Source: Thermodesulfobacteriota bacterium (GTDB lineage: Bacteria; Desulfobacterota; GWC2-55-46; JADFVP01). Taken from it: 64,000 bases of DNA. The stretch is from assembly GCA_046754225.1 (NCBI GenBank), contig JBHHVI010000003.1:5933-69932 (forward strand). The letters run 5' to 3'. The notes beneath the pieces were generated by a model, which saw only the letters and a program-made list of their open reading frames with translations, made no database searches and had not been told where the DNA came from. The translations under genes were made by a program, and so were the position numbers. This document shows, piece by piece, positions 49,211 through 58,725 of this stretch; position 1 is the first letter of the stretch; each line of letters starts with the position of its first letter.

Positions 49211-49257
49211 CGGTCTTCACATGAAAGGTTCGGGCCTGCCTGTTAAAGTCGCCCCTT

Positions 49258-50775
49258 TCAATAAAGAGGGGTCCCTTCCATCTCCGCCGGTTTCTCAATA
49301 CCCATAATCTTCAAGACCGTGGGGGCCACGTCCTTGAGCCCTCCCCCCGACTTCAGGACCACACCCTTGAGGGCGTCGTCTATCAATATAAAGGGCACGG
49401 GGTTTATCGCATGGGCCGTAAAGGGCTCTCCCGTGGCGTAATCGATCAACTGCTCGGCGTTGCCGTGATCAGACGTGACAATTACAGTCCAGCCCTTTTT
49501 GGCGGCGGCGGCCACCTCGCCGACAGCCCTGTCAACGGCCTCGCAGCCCTTTATAACGGCGTCGAGGATGCCCGTGTGCCCCACCATGTCGCCGTTTGCG
49601 ATATTCATGAGTATAAAGGAATACCCCCCTTCCTCTATCTTCTCCACGGCCGCCCCGGCAATCTCGGCGGCCCGCATCTCAGGCTTCTTATCGTATGTTG
49701 GGACGTCTCTCACCGAGGGTATAAGGAACCTCTCCTCGCCGGGGAAGGGTTTTTCAACCCCGCCGTTAAAGAAGAATGTCACATGGGCGTACTTCTCCGT
49801 CTCGCTCACCCTGAACTGCTTCACTCCTTTCCCGGCGAGTACCTCGCCGAGGTTGTTTTTTATCTCCTGCGGGGCGAAGAGGACGGGAACGGTAAACTTC
49901 CTGTCATACTCCGTCATGGTGGCAAAACCGCAAAGGCGTGGAAGGGCCTTCCTTTTGAAGCCGTTAAAACCGCTTTCCGTAAAGGCGGCCGTCAACTCCC
50001 TCGACCTGTCGGCCCTGTAGTTAAAGAAGAGGACTCCGTCGTCGTCGGAGACCGGGGCGTAAGACCCTTTAATAACAGTGGGCTTAACGAACTCGTCCGT
50101 CTCGCCGCGCGCGTACGCCGATTCCACGGCTGAGACGGGGTCCTCCGCCTCCGACCCGGCGCCGGAGGTTATGGCGTCATAGGCCTCTTTGACTCTATCC
50201 CATCGCTTGTCCCTGTCCATGGCGTAAAAACGCCCCGAGACGGTGGCGATGGAGCCTGCCCCCTTCTCCTTAAGAAATTCCGAGAGGGCCTTTATATAAC
50301 CGGCCCCGCTCTTCGGGGGCGTATCCCTCCCGTCGAGGAAGGCGTGGACATAGACGCGGTCTATCCCTTCGTCCTTCGCGGCCTCGATGAGCGCGTAGAG
50401 ATGGTCTATATGGCTGTGCACCCCGCCGTCGGAGACAAGCCCCATCAGGTGCAGGGCCCCGGCGGCCTCCCTTACCTTGTTCATGAGGTCCTTGAGGGCG
50501 GGGTTCTTCCCTAAACTCCCGTCCTTGATGGCCTTTGTTATCCTCGTAAGTTCCTGAAATACTATCCTGCCCGAACCAAGGGTGAGGTGGCCCACCTCGG
50601 AGTTGCCCATCTGCCCCTCGGGAAGGCCCACGGCCTCCCCGGAGGTCTGAAGCTTTGTCCAGGGATATTCCCCGTACAACCTGTCGAGATTTGGGGTGTC
50701 GGCTATGGCGGTGGCGTTATACTCCCTCTTCGGGTTTATACCCCAGCCGTCGAGGACTATGAGACAGACCGGCTT
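49258..50775 (-). CDS. gpmI: 2,3-bisphosphoglycerate-independent phosphoglycerate mutase
   Basis: LIVLDGWG N-terminus, catalytic Ser region GNSEVGH, C-terminal TSDHGN motif. Confidence 0.85.
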   Translation of the reverse strand, partial: KPVCLIVLDGWGINPKREYNATAIADTPNLDRLYGEYPWTKLQTSGEAVGLPEGQMGNSEVGHLTLGSGRIVFQELTRITKAIKDGSLGKNPALKDLMNKVREAAGALHLMGLVSDGGVHSHIDHLYALIEAAKDEGIDRVYVHAFLDGRDTPPKSGAGYIKALSEFLKEKGAGSIATVSGRFYAMDRDKRWDRVKEAYDAITSGAGSEAEDPVSAVESAYARGETDEFVKPTVIKGSYAPVSDDDGVLFFNYRADRSRELTAAFTESGFNGFKRKALPRLCGFATMTEYDRKFTVPVLFAPQEIKNNLGEVLAGKGVKQFRVSETEKYAHVTFFFNGGVEKPFPGEERFLIPSVRDVPTYDKKPEMRAAEIAGAAVEKIEEGGYSFILMNIANGDMVGHTGILDAVIKGCEAVDRAVGEVAAAAKKGWTVIVTSDHGNAEQLIDYATGEPFTAHAINPVPFILIDDALKGVVLKSGGGLKDVAPTVLKIMGIEKPAEMEGTPLY

Positions 50776-50808
50776 CATAAGGTTCTCCAATCTCACACCC
50801 CCTTGCCC

Positions 50809-52134
50809 TCATTCCAAAGGAGCCTCGGGGGTCATCACAAGGGTGTTCCACTCTCCGCAGGAGTTGCAGCGCGCCCTCCAGCCTTTATGGCGATGGCCGC
50901 ACTCCGCGCACGTAAAAGGCACATAAGGCACGACGCCCTTTAATCCCAGGGCGTCTTTAAACATGGAGGCCGCCCTTTTGGACTGTTCCTGCCTGAAAAA
51001 GGCCTCGCCCAGAAGCACACTGGTGTAAAAACTCTCCTTGCCCTCATGGTGTATCTTTTCAAGCTCCTCAATGGCCCTTGCCACCATCTCGAGCCTCAGA
51101 TAAAAACGCGCCAGCAGTATCCTCAAGTTGACATCGCCGGGGTGCGTCTCAATCTCTTTTTTGTAGAGTTCGAGCATCTTTTGCGGCGCGGACCCCTTTA
51201 TGCACGACTCTTCAAGCCTTATAAGAAGCGCGGTAGAGACGGGGTGCCTGCTGTAAGCCTTCTCCAGCACCCTTGTCTCTTCGAGGACGCCGCCCCTCGC
51301 GGCGCTGATTTCAGAGAGAAGGATATAGGCGGGGATGAAAAAATCATCTTTTTTAAGGACCTCCTTGAGCTTTTCCGAGGCCTCTTCGAGCCTTTCCTCT
51401 CTCTCGTACCCGCTTGCCACCTCGTAGAGAAGGCCCGGCAATTTACCCGCCTTTTCATTGCCGCCGAAGAACCAACCACTCTTTTCCAGCCCGAGCAGCT
51501 TATTTTCAAGCTCCACGGCCTCCTCCCACTCCTCGTCCTTTATCTTTATGTCGCGGAGTTTCAAAATGGCGGCGCGGTCCCTGGGGTCAACCTTCAGAGC
51601 GTCCTCAAAGGCCCTCGCGGCCCTCTGCGTCTCCCCCGCTTCGAGGGCGTATCTTCCAATGGCGGTGAGGATTACTACGGAGCCGGGGTTGTGAAAAGAT
51701 TCGGTCTCCAGGACATCAAGGGCCTCGTAGGCCTTCCCCTCATGGAGATATGTATCGGCGAGGGTCAAGACCATCTCGGGCTCCCCCGGCATTGAGGCGA
51801 GGGCCTTCTCCATAAACCCCCGCGCCTGCTCCGCGTCCCCCTTTGAAAGGGCCTCCATGGCCAGGTGGTGGCTTATCCTCGCTTCACGCTCCACTTTGAC
51901 CTTCTTTTTTTCCCTGGCGTAATTTACCGCCCTTTTAGCGTCGGTTATGACCGCGTCGAGCCCTGCCATAAAGACACCGATAAGGAAACTCAGGAACAGG
52001 ACCAGCACCACCGGCAGGGTGTAGCTGTAGTCCTTCGCTATTATGACGGTAACCACACCGGGGTTCTGGGTATAGAGATAAAAAAACCCCCCCAGCGCTA
52101 TAACGGTAAGGAAAAATATTATCTTGACGTGCAT
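50809..52134 (-). CDS. lapB: LapB (YciM)-like TPR protein with C-terminal rubredoxin-type zinc ribbon; N-terminus resembles a fused LapA-like 2-TM segment
   Basis: N-terminal TM helices, TPR repeats, C-terminal CAECGHRH...CNSCGEW metal site as in LapB. Confidence 0.65.
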   Translation of the reverse strand: MHVKIIFFLTVIALGGFFYLYTQNPGVVTVIIAKDYSYTLPVVLVLFLSFLIGVFMAGLDAVITDAKRAVNYAREKKKVKVEREARISHHLAMEALSKGDAEQARGFMEKALASMPGEPEMVLTLADTYLHEGKAYEALDVLETESFHNPGSVVILTAIGRYALEAGETQRAARAFEDALKVDPRDRAAILKLRDIKIKDEEWEEAVELENKLLGLEKSGWFFGGNEKAGKLPGLLYEVASGYEREERLEEASEKLKEVLKKDDFFIPAYILLSEISAARGGVLEETRVLEKAYSRHPVSTALLIRLEESCIKGSAPQKMLELYKKEIETHPGDVNLRILLARFYLRLEMVARAIEELEKIHHEGKESFYTSVLLGEAFFRQEQSKRAASMFKDALGLKGVVPYVPFTCAECGHRHKGWRARCNSCGEWNTLVMTPEAPLE

Positions 52135-52174
52135 ATCCTTTTACGGGCTGAATTTTTAGAGAGAGTCCAGACGC

Positions 52175-52645
52175 TCAGTGGGAGTAGGGCTCTCCCTTTA
52201 TAATCGTAAAGGCCCGGTAGACCTGCTCGGCAAGGAGCAGGGCCGCGAGGTCTCTTGTCATGGTCATTGGCGAGAGGGAGATGACCCGGTCCGCGCTTTC
52301 CGTAACGCTGCTATGAAGTCCATAGGGGCCGCCTATTATAAAGGCGAGTTCTTTAACCCCCGTATCCATCCTCTCCCTTAGAAAGCCTGAAAAGGCCCGG
52401 GAATCGAAGGCCGCGCCGCCCTCGGCGAGGGCCACTTTATAATCCGCCTTTTTAAGCGCGCCTTCAAGCCTCGTGGCCTCTTTTTTAACGGTCTCCGTGG
52501 GGGATATCTTTTTCGAGGAAGGGGCCTGCCTTACCTCTATCGTCTCCACATCCGCGTACCTGCCGATCCTCTTTATGTATTCCCTGAAACCTTCCCTCAG
52601 GAAGGTCTTTTTTATGGGCCCCACATGGGCGAATTTTATCTTCAA
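52175..52645 (-). CDS. rlmH: 23S rRNA (pseudouridine1915-N3)-methyltransferase
   Basis: 156 aa SPOUT fold; GGPYG..S motif; typical nadD-rsfS-rlmH neighbourhood. Confidence 0.85.
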   Translation of the reverse strand: MKIKFAHVGPIKKTFLREGFREYIKRIGRYADVETIEVRQAPSSKKISPTETVKKEATRLEGALKKADYKVALAEGGAAFDSRAFSGFLRERMDTGVKELAFIIGGPYGLHSSVTESADRVISLSPMTMTRDLAALLLAEQVYRAFTIIKGEPYSH

Positions 52646-52662
52646 TTTTTTTGTTAAAAATA

Positions 52663-52962
52663 CTAACCGCTTTTTCTTGCCTTCTCTTTAAACTCCATCC
52701 TCGGGGCGTCGGCCCAGAGCCCTTCAAGGTCATAGAAGGCCCTTACCGGTTCGAGGAATATGTGGACCACCACATCGCTATAATCCATAAGCGCCCACCG
52801 CCCCTCTTCCACGCCCTCGACTCCGTAGGGGCGCTCCTTCTTCTTCTTGAGGCCGTCGGAGACGTTCCTTGCGATGGCCTGGACCTGTCTTTCGGAATCG
52901 GCGCTGCAAATGAGCACATAATCGGAGACGCTGGATATCTTTTTTATGCAGAGGATGACCAC
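52663..52962 (-). CDS. rsfS: ribosome silencing factor RsfS (Iojap family)
   Basis: Iojap-like core DYVLICSADSERQVQAIARNV and HIFLEPVRAFYDLEGLW; the N-terminus probably extends upstream via a non-ATG start. Confidence 0.75.
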   Translation of the reverse strand: MVILCIKKISSVSDYVLICSADSERQVQAIARNVSDGLKKKKERPYGVEGVEEGRWALMDYSDVVVHIFLEPVRAFYDLEGLWADAPRMEFKEKARKSG

Positions 52963-53046
52963 GTCTCGCGCCTTTTTTTCAAGGGCGAGCTTCGCTATCT
53001 CCTCCGCCTTCTTCTTTGGATACAGTTTTCTTTCCCCTTTTTTATC

Positions 53047-53697
53047 TTAAGGCCGCCTGTAAAGCCCCTCTTCTTCGATGTAATCAGCGACGGCGCCTGG
53101 CAGAAGATACCTGATTGAGAGGCCCGCCCTTACCCTCTCCCGTATCCCGGAAGAGGATATCTCCATCAAGGTGGTCTTTAAATACGTTACCGCGGTGCCG
53201 TAGGAACTTACGTATGAGTCGTTGTCACGATCGTAACGGAATTTTCTCGCCAGCCCTTCCGGCACGACCTCGGCTATCTTCTTTACGGGGTAGCCGGGCC
53301 TTTCAACCACGACAAGACCGGAAAGCTCGAAGATCTCCTCGTACTCGCACCACGTGGTTATATCGTTAAAGGAGTCGGTGCCGATTATGAGGCTTACTGA
53401 GAGCTCTTTCGGCCCCCTCTCCTTCAGTTCCCTGAGGGTGACCACGGTATAGGACCTGTCGCCCCTTTTTATCTCTATGTCCGAGGACTCAAACCCGGGG
53501 TTGTCCCTTATTGCCAGCCTCACCATCTCAAGACGTTTTCCGGCGGGGGTGATCTTTTCATCGGGCTTATGGGGCGGTATAAAGGCCGGCACAAAAAGGA
53601 CCTTATCGAGCCCCATGGCCTCACGCACCTCTTCGGCTAGCCTCAAATGGCCGTAATGTATGGGATTGAATGTACCGCCCAAAAGGCCGATATTCAT
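53047..53697 (-). CDS. nadD: nicotinate-nucleotide adenylyltransferase
   Basis: GGTFNPIHYGHL (HxGH nucleotidyltransferase motif) and ISSSGIR C-terminal motif. Confidence 0.85.
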   Translation of the reverse strand: MNIGLLGGTFNPIHYGHLRLAEEVREAMGLDKVLFVPAFIPPHKPDEKITPAGKRLEMVRLAIRDNPGFESSDIEIKRGDRSYTVVTLRELKERGPKELSVSLIIGTDSFNDITTWCEYEEIFELSGLVVVERPGYPVKKIAEVVPEGLARKFRYDRDNDSYVSSYGTAVTYLKTTLMEISSSGIRERVRAGLSIRYLLPGAVADYIEEEGLYRRP

Positions 53698-53892
53698 TGA
53701 CAGAACCGGAACTCCTTGAAAATAATCGATTTAAATATGCTATATGATAAAAAATTGACTGTCAACGCTTTTATATAAACCCCTTTAGAAGGCTCAAACA
53801 AAGTCCTTTCCGTGACAATAAGGTTTTACACCTTGACAGGGACGTACGTAAACACTTATCCTATAATGATTCTACACTGGGAGTATTAAACC

Positions 53893-54747
53893 ATGAAAAA
53901 ACTGTCACGGACAAAGATACTGCTGACCTTATCAATATCAATCATCGCGCTCCTCTTTACGGCCGCGCCTGTCAAAACGGCGGTATCAAATCAAAAGGCT
54001 AAAAGCGCGCTCAAGGTGCGCGCGAAGAAACGCTACAAGGCGGCATTTGATCTTGCCCATAACGAAATATTCTCGCCACTTGTCGAGGGGCCGCTCCACT
54101 ACTCCAAATTCTATAAGATGATAAAAAAATCCGGCGCCTCGATGGCGGTCAACAAAAAGGCTCTTACGCCGGGCTCTCTCAGTGAGTTCGACGCCTACGT
54201 GGTGGCGGGTCCGAGCAAGGATTTTTCACCTGGAGAACTGACGGAGTTGAGGGAATTCGTTAATGACGGGGGCAGTCTCCTTGTGCTTCTCCATATCTCA
54301 GGGCCCGTTGCGAGACTCACCGAACAATTCGGCATCGTCGTATCCAATTTTGTAATCTCCGAGCACTTGAATACTATCAAGAACAAGTCCCAGGACTTCC
54401 ATGTCAGGGACTTTTCCCCCCATCCCGTTACAAGAGGGCTTAAGGAGATAGCGGTATTCGGCACATGGGGGCTTATGACGGAAAAGGGGGGCGCGGTGGT
54501 GGCGAAGACCTCCGAAAAGGCCTGGGCGGACCTGAACAGGAACCGCGACTTCGACAAAGACGAACCGGAGCAGTCCTTCGGCATAATAGGCGTAAGCGAG
54601 TACGGAGAGGGCAAGGTCGTTGTCGTGGCCGATGACGCGCCCTTTGCCAACCTCTTTATAGGTATGGCCGACAACAGCAAGCTGGCCCGTAACATCGTCC
54701 GGTGGTTCATGGAAAGAAGGAAGACGGGGGGCATAAACGCCCGGTAG
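53893..54747 (+). CDS. secreted DUF4350/ThuA-like (class-I glutamine-amidotransferase-like fold) protein
   Basis: Signal peptide; DAYVVAGPSKDFSPGELTELREFVNDGGSLLVL motif typical of this fold; function unknown. Confidence 0.4.
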   Translation: MKKLSRTKILLTLSISIIALLFTAAPVKTAVSNQKAKSALKVRAKKRYKAAFDLAHNEIFSPLVEGPLHYSKFYKMIKKSGASMAVNKKALTPGSLSEFDAYVVAGPSKDFSPGELTELREFVNDGGSLLVLLHISGPVARLTEQFGIVVSNFVISEHLNTIKNKSQDFHVRDFSPHPVTRGLKEIAVFGTWGLMTEKGGAVVAKTSEKAWADLNRNRDFDKDEPEQSFGIIGVSEYGEGKVVVVADDAPFANLFIGMADNSKLARNIVRWFMERRKTGGINAR

Positions 54748-54863
54748 GGGAAAAAGTTATTCCTCGGCCGACGCGCGGGGGGCTGTAGATTGCACACGGC
54801 CGCAGGGCGGAAAAATCTGATAGAAACACTTCCGGGCCGCCCATCAAATAAACATTCGAGTTA

Positions 54864-55907
54864 ATGAAGCGTATCTGGGGTCTATTTTCTTCCATCTGGC
54901 TTACCGTCGTCCTTGCCGTTCTTATATGCCTTGTCGCGGCCCTTGGTTCGCTTGAGAGCCTTAAGAGCCCCGAGGTCTTCAGTTATCTCGACAGGGTCGT
55001 ACTCCTGGACGGCCTCAAGGGTCTGCCGCCGGAGGTTCTCGGCCGCGTATACTGGATCTTTCTGCTCATCATTCTTATCTTCCTCTTTTCCATAAACACC
55101 CTCGTCTGCACCGCTGACAGGGTCTCTTCAATAGTCAAAAGAGGCGGGCCGTGGCGTGGGCTCTTCCCCCATATAGTGCATATCGGGTTTCTCGTGGCCG
55201 TGGCCGGCCACCTCGCAGGGAGCCTCTGGGGGTTCAGGACGAGCGGCAACATACTTTACAGCGGGGAGCTCACCGCAGTACCTTACGTGAAAGACCTTTC
55301 AATACGCCTTGACAAGGTGGACGCGAGAGAGGACGCACGGGGAAACCTTGACTACCTGAAGACAAAGGTTACGCTCTTTAAGGGCGGGAAAAAGGCCGTG
55401 GCAGGGGAGATCAGGTTAAACGCCCCGCTTATATACAGGGGCATAGCCTTTTATCATACCAACCAGGGAAGCGTCCCGGGGGGGCTTGTTCTGCGGGCCG
55501 GCGGCGCTGAGAAGCGGGTGCCTTTTTACGGCTCTTTTAATATCCCCGGAGCGGGGAAGATAAGGCTCGGCGAGATATATCCAGACCTCGCCAAGGACGA
55601 AAAAGGAGCGCCCTATTCACGCTCAAAGGAGTTCAGAAACCCCTTTGTGGAAATCGAGAGCGACGGAGCCGAGAGGGCATTCCTCAATATCTCAAGGCCC
55701 GGCGAAAGGGTGCGGCTCGGCCCCCTTGAGGTGGAACTCGTCGATTATATCATGAGGCCCTATGCCGTCCTTATGATAAACAGGGACCCGGGGATAGCCC
55801 TCGTCATGGCCGGCTCAGCCATACTCGTCATCGGGATGGCGCTGCTCCTCTTTTTCAGGGGGGAGAGGGGCGAGATAGTAAGGCGCCCCGGAGCATCAAA
55901 ACAATAG
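54864..55907 (+). CDS. short ResB/CcsB-like cytochrome c biogenesis membrane protein
   Basis: N-terminal TM pair, a central His-containing TM (HIVHIGFLVAVAGH), a large periplasmic segment and a C-terminal TM, i.e. a ResB-like layout at reduced size. Confidence 0.4.
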   Translation: MKRIWGLFSSIWLTVVLAVLICLVAALGSLESLKSPEVFSYLDRVVLLDGLKGLPPEVLGRVYWIFLLIILIFLFSINTLVCTADRVSSIVKRGGPWRGLFPHIVHIGFLVAVAGHLAGSLWGFRTSGNILYSGELTAVPYVKDLSIRLDKVDAREDARGNLDYLKTKVTLFKGGKKAVAGEIRLNAPLIYRGIAFYHTNQGSVPGGLVLRAGGAEKRVPFYGSFNIPGAGKIRLGEIYPDLAKDEKGAPYSRSKEFRNPFVEIESDGAERAFLNISRPGERVRLGPLEVELVDYIMRPYAVLMINRDPGIALVMAGSAILVIGMALLLFFRGERGEIVRRPGASKQ

Positions 55908-55931
55908 ACTGCAACCTTAACGGAGACGGCC

Positions 55932-56954
55932 TTGAGTTACGAAGTACTCACGCTCTTATTTTTCCTCGTAGTAATAGTCGCGGCGAGCGAGCTCTTTACA
56001 AACGCCATAGAGATCCTCGGGGCCAAACTGCATTTCTCAGAGGGAGTTACCGGGAGCATCTTCGCGGCCGTGGGCACGGCGCTGCCCGAGACGATGGTCC
56101 CCATCGTGGCTATTCTGACGGGTGATTCCAAAGGCATAAGCGAGGAGGTGGGGGTGGGGGCAATTCTCGGCGCCCCTTTCATGCTCGCAACGCTCGCCAT
56201 GGCGCTCGTGGGCCTTTCGGCCTGGCACTTCAGAAAACGCCGGAGAAGGGTCAGGATAAAACCTGAGCCCGGCGGCTTCAGACGCGACATGGAATTCTTC
56301 CTCTTCTCGTTCACCATCGCCTTCCTTGTAGCCTTCACGCCGCAGGATTACCGGGCCGTGAGGGTCTTCGTCGCCTTTGTTCTTGTGCTCACCTATTTTT
56401 ATTACATAATGGAGACCGTAAAGGCGAGCTACGACCTCGTAAGAGACGGGCACGGCACAGAGAAGTCGAAGGGCCTGTACCTTTCCCTCATCTTCAAGGA
56501 ACATATGTTCACAGTCCTCATCCAGCTCCTCTTCGCCGTAGCCGTTATCATAATAGGGGCAAAGGGTTTTGTGGCCGGCGTGGAGCATATCGCGGGGCCC
56601 CTTAAGATACCGGTCATAGCCCTTTCGCTCCTCATAGTGCCCGTAGCCACCGAACTCCCCGAGAAGATAAACAGCATACTCTGGACGCGCAGGGGCAAGG
56701 ACACCATGGCCGTAGGAAACGTCACCGGGGCAATGGTCTTTCAGGGGAGCCTTCTACCGGCCGTAGGCATATTCCTTACCCCATGGGCCGTCAACACTAC
56801 GGTCGTGACGAGCGGCATCATCACCATCGGGGCCTCGGTCTGGCTCTACATCTTCGCCATAAGAGGCAAGGGGTTGAAACCCGGCCGTCTCCTCGTTAAC
56901 GGGGCCCTCTATCTTCTATTCGTCTTTATAGTCATCCACCTCACAAGACCGTAA
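55932..56954 (+). CDS. Ca2+/cation antiporter (CaCA, sodium/calcium exchanger membrane region) family protein
   Basis: Two alpha-repeat motifs (GTALPE... and ATELPEKI) across 10 TM segments. Confidence 0.6.
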   Translation: MSYEVLTLLFFLVVIVAASELFTNAIEILGAKLHFSEGVTGSIFAAVGTALPETMVPIVAILTGDSKGISEEVGVGAILGAPFMLATLAMALVGLSAWHFRKRRRRVRIKPEPGGFRRDMEFFLFSFTIAFLVAFTPQDYRAVRVFVAFVLVLTYFYYIMETVKASYDLVRDGHGTEKSKGLYLSLIFKEHMFTVLIQLLFAVAVIIIGAKGFVAGVEHIAGPLKIPVIALSLLIVPVATELPEKINSILWTRRGKDTMAVGNVTGAMVFQGSLLPAVGIFLTPWAVNTTVVTSGIITIGASVWLYIFAIRGKGLKPGRLLVNGALYLLFVFIVIHLTRP

Positions 56955-57030
56955 AGAGGGCGCCGCGCCGGGGGCAATAGATTAAGAGACGGTTTGATTT
57001 ACCGGTGCCGGCCTGTCGGCATCAAATGTC

Positions 57031-57948
57031 ATGGATAGAATCACCATGGATAGGATAAAAATCTTCTTTCTCGCCACACGTCCGCAGTTCTTTCCCGCCG
57101 TCTTCTTGCCCGTGGCCCTGGGGGCGAGCGCGGCGTGGGAGAGCGCCGGGAGTTTCAACGTCCTCTATTTTATCCTCACACTCGCAGCCTCCCTTCTCTA
57201 CCACGCCGGGATGAACGTACTTAACGACTATTTCGACTTTCTTAACGGCACGGACAACATCAATAAAACCCCGCTCACCCCCTTTACGGGCGGGTCGAGG
57301 TTTATTCAGCGTGGCGACATCACCCCGCGTGAGACGTTTATTCTGGGCTTTACGCTTGTCAGCGCCGGCAGCGCCGTAGGTCTTTATCTCGCCGTAAAGG
57401 TAAGCTGGGTCCTCATCATCATCGGAGGCGTCGGCCTTTTCTCCGGAATCTTTTATTCCGCCCCGCCGCTCTTTTTCGCGGGCCGGGGGATGGGAGAATT
57501 TATCGTTGGCCTTAACTTCGGCGTACTCACGGTGCTCGGCTCCTATCTGGTACAAACGGGCCGTATCTCGCCGGAGCCGGTATTCGCGTCACTGCCCCTG
57601 TCGTTTCTCGTTTCGGCGCTCCTCTATATAAACGAGTTCCCCGACTACGAGGCGGATAGAAGCGCGGGCAAAAGAAACCTCGTAGTGAGGCTGGGGCTGA
57701 AAAGGGCGCGTCCGGGGTTCTGTTTACTCGTGGCGGGGGCGTACCTGAGCATCATACTCGGCGCCGTGCTCGGATATCTTCCCGCCCTCTGCCTTGCGGC
57801 CCTCGTCTCAGGCGTCTTCGCGTTGATATCCGTAAAAGGCTTTTTAAGGAATTACGACGGGGGAGCGAAACTCATACCTTCCATAAAATCAATAATACTC
57901 GCCCAGATCGGAACCGGGGCCCTTCTCATCGCCTCCAATATCCTGTAG
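57031..57948 (+). CDS. menA: 1,4-dihydroxy-2-naphthoate polyprenyltransferase (UbiA superfamily)
   Basis: NDYFD and a downstream D-rich motif (YEADRSAGKRN), UbiA-type 8-9 TM layout. Confidence 0.7.
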   Translation: MDRITMDRIKIFFLATRPQFFPAVFLPVALGASAAWESAGSFNVLYFILTLAASLLYHAGMNVLNDYFDFLNGTDNINKTPLTPFTGGSRFIQRGDITPRETFILGFTLVSAGSAVGLYLAVKVSWVLIIIGGVGLFSGIFYSAPPLFFAGRGMGEFIVGLNFGVLTVLGSYLVQTGRISPEPVFASLPLSFLVSALLYINEFPDYEADRSAGKRNLVVRLGLKRARPGFCLLVAGAYLSIILGAVLGYLPALCLAALVSGVFALISVKGFLRNYDGGAKLIPSIKSIILAQIGTGALLIASNIL

Positions 57949-58028
57949 TTTTTATCCGGGCAGGAACGTTAGACCCCTTCATTAACGCCCCGGCATTCCA
58001 ACGGCTCGCCCTATGGGCCGCTCCTGCT

Positions 58029-58056
58029 TGACAACGCAAAATCCGGCGCCTATTAT
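58029..58056 (+). promoter_or_regulatory. near-consensus sigma70 promoter (TTGACA-16 nt-TATTAT) for hsp20
   Basis: Hexamers 58029-58034 and 58051-58056; AGGAGG RBS before the ATG at 58119. Confidence 0.45.
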
Positions 58057-58118
58057 TTAAGTAGAGGAGAAAACAAACAGGCAAAGAGCAAGTTTATGTA
58101 CGAAAGGAGGTAACGATT

Positions 58119-58586
58119 ATGTCAATTGAAAAATGGAACCCTTTTAAGGAGATAGATTCCATGAGGAGAGAGATGGACAGGCTCTGGGACCAGGTATTTC
58201 CCACATCGAGGAGGTTTCTAAGGGAACTTCCCGTCAAGTCCCTCATGGAAAAGGAGACGGCCGTGCCGGCCATAGACATCGTTGAAAAGGCCGGAGAGGT
58301 GGAAGTGAGGGCCGAGATGCCCGGTGTGGACAAGGACGACATTGAAATCTCCCTTCAGGAGAACAGACTCACCATAACCGGGAAACTCCAGAAGGAAAAA
58401 GAGACGAAAGATGAGGACTACTATTACCGCGAGAGGAGCTACAACTCCATATCCAGGTCGATAGATATCCCCTACAAGGTAAACCCCGCGAAGATAAAGG
58501 CGGGGCTCAAAAACGGCATACTCACAGTGCACCTGCCCAAGGCCGCTGAGCTTCAGCCGAAGAAGATCAAGGTCGAGGTCTCATGA
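58119..58586 (+). CDS. Hsp20/alpha-crystallin family small heat-shock protein
   Basis: 155 aa; alpha-crystallin domain (AIDIVEKAGEVEVRAEMPGV...GILTVHLPK). Confidence 0.85.
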   Translation: MSIEKWNPFKEIDSMRREMDRLWDQVFPTSRRFLRELPVKSLMEKETAVPAIDIVEKAGEVEVRAEMPGVDKDDIEISLQENRLTITGKLQKEKETKDEDYYYRERSYNSISRSIDIPYKVNPAKIKAGLKNGILTVHLPKAAELQPKKIKVEVS

Positions 58587-58616
58587 GGGCCGGGGGCGTT
58601 TCAAGGGGAAGTCAGG

Positions 58617-58650
58617 TATAAAGAAAAGGGGGCGTGAAATCGCGTCCCCC
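58617..58650 (+). terminator. rho-independent terminator after hsp20
   Basis: GGGGGCG..CGCGTCCCCC stem followed by TTTTTTATT. Confidence 0.55.
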
Positions 58651-58725
58651 TTTTTTATTGCCGGTGTATCCGGCGCCTTTTCATAAAAAATTTTAAAATT
58701 ATTACCGCTCAGGCGTCCGCCGGGG

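Noticed and set aside
53833-53867. TTGACA and TATAAT hexamers upstream of the DUF4350-like gene as a consensus promoter
   Set aside because: The two perfect hexamers are 23 nt apart, too far to work as a single sigma70 promoter; possibly two overlapping weaker promoters, so not called
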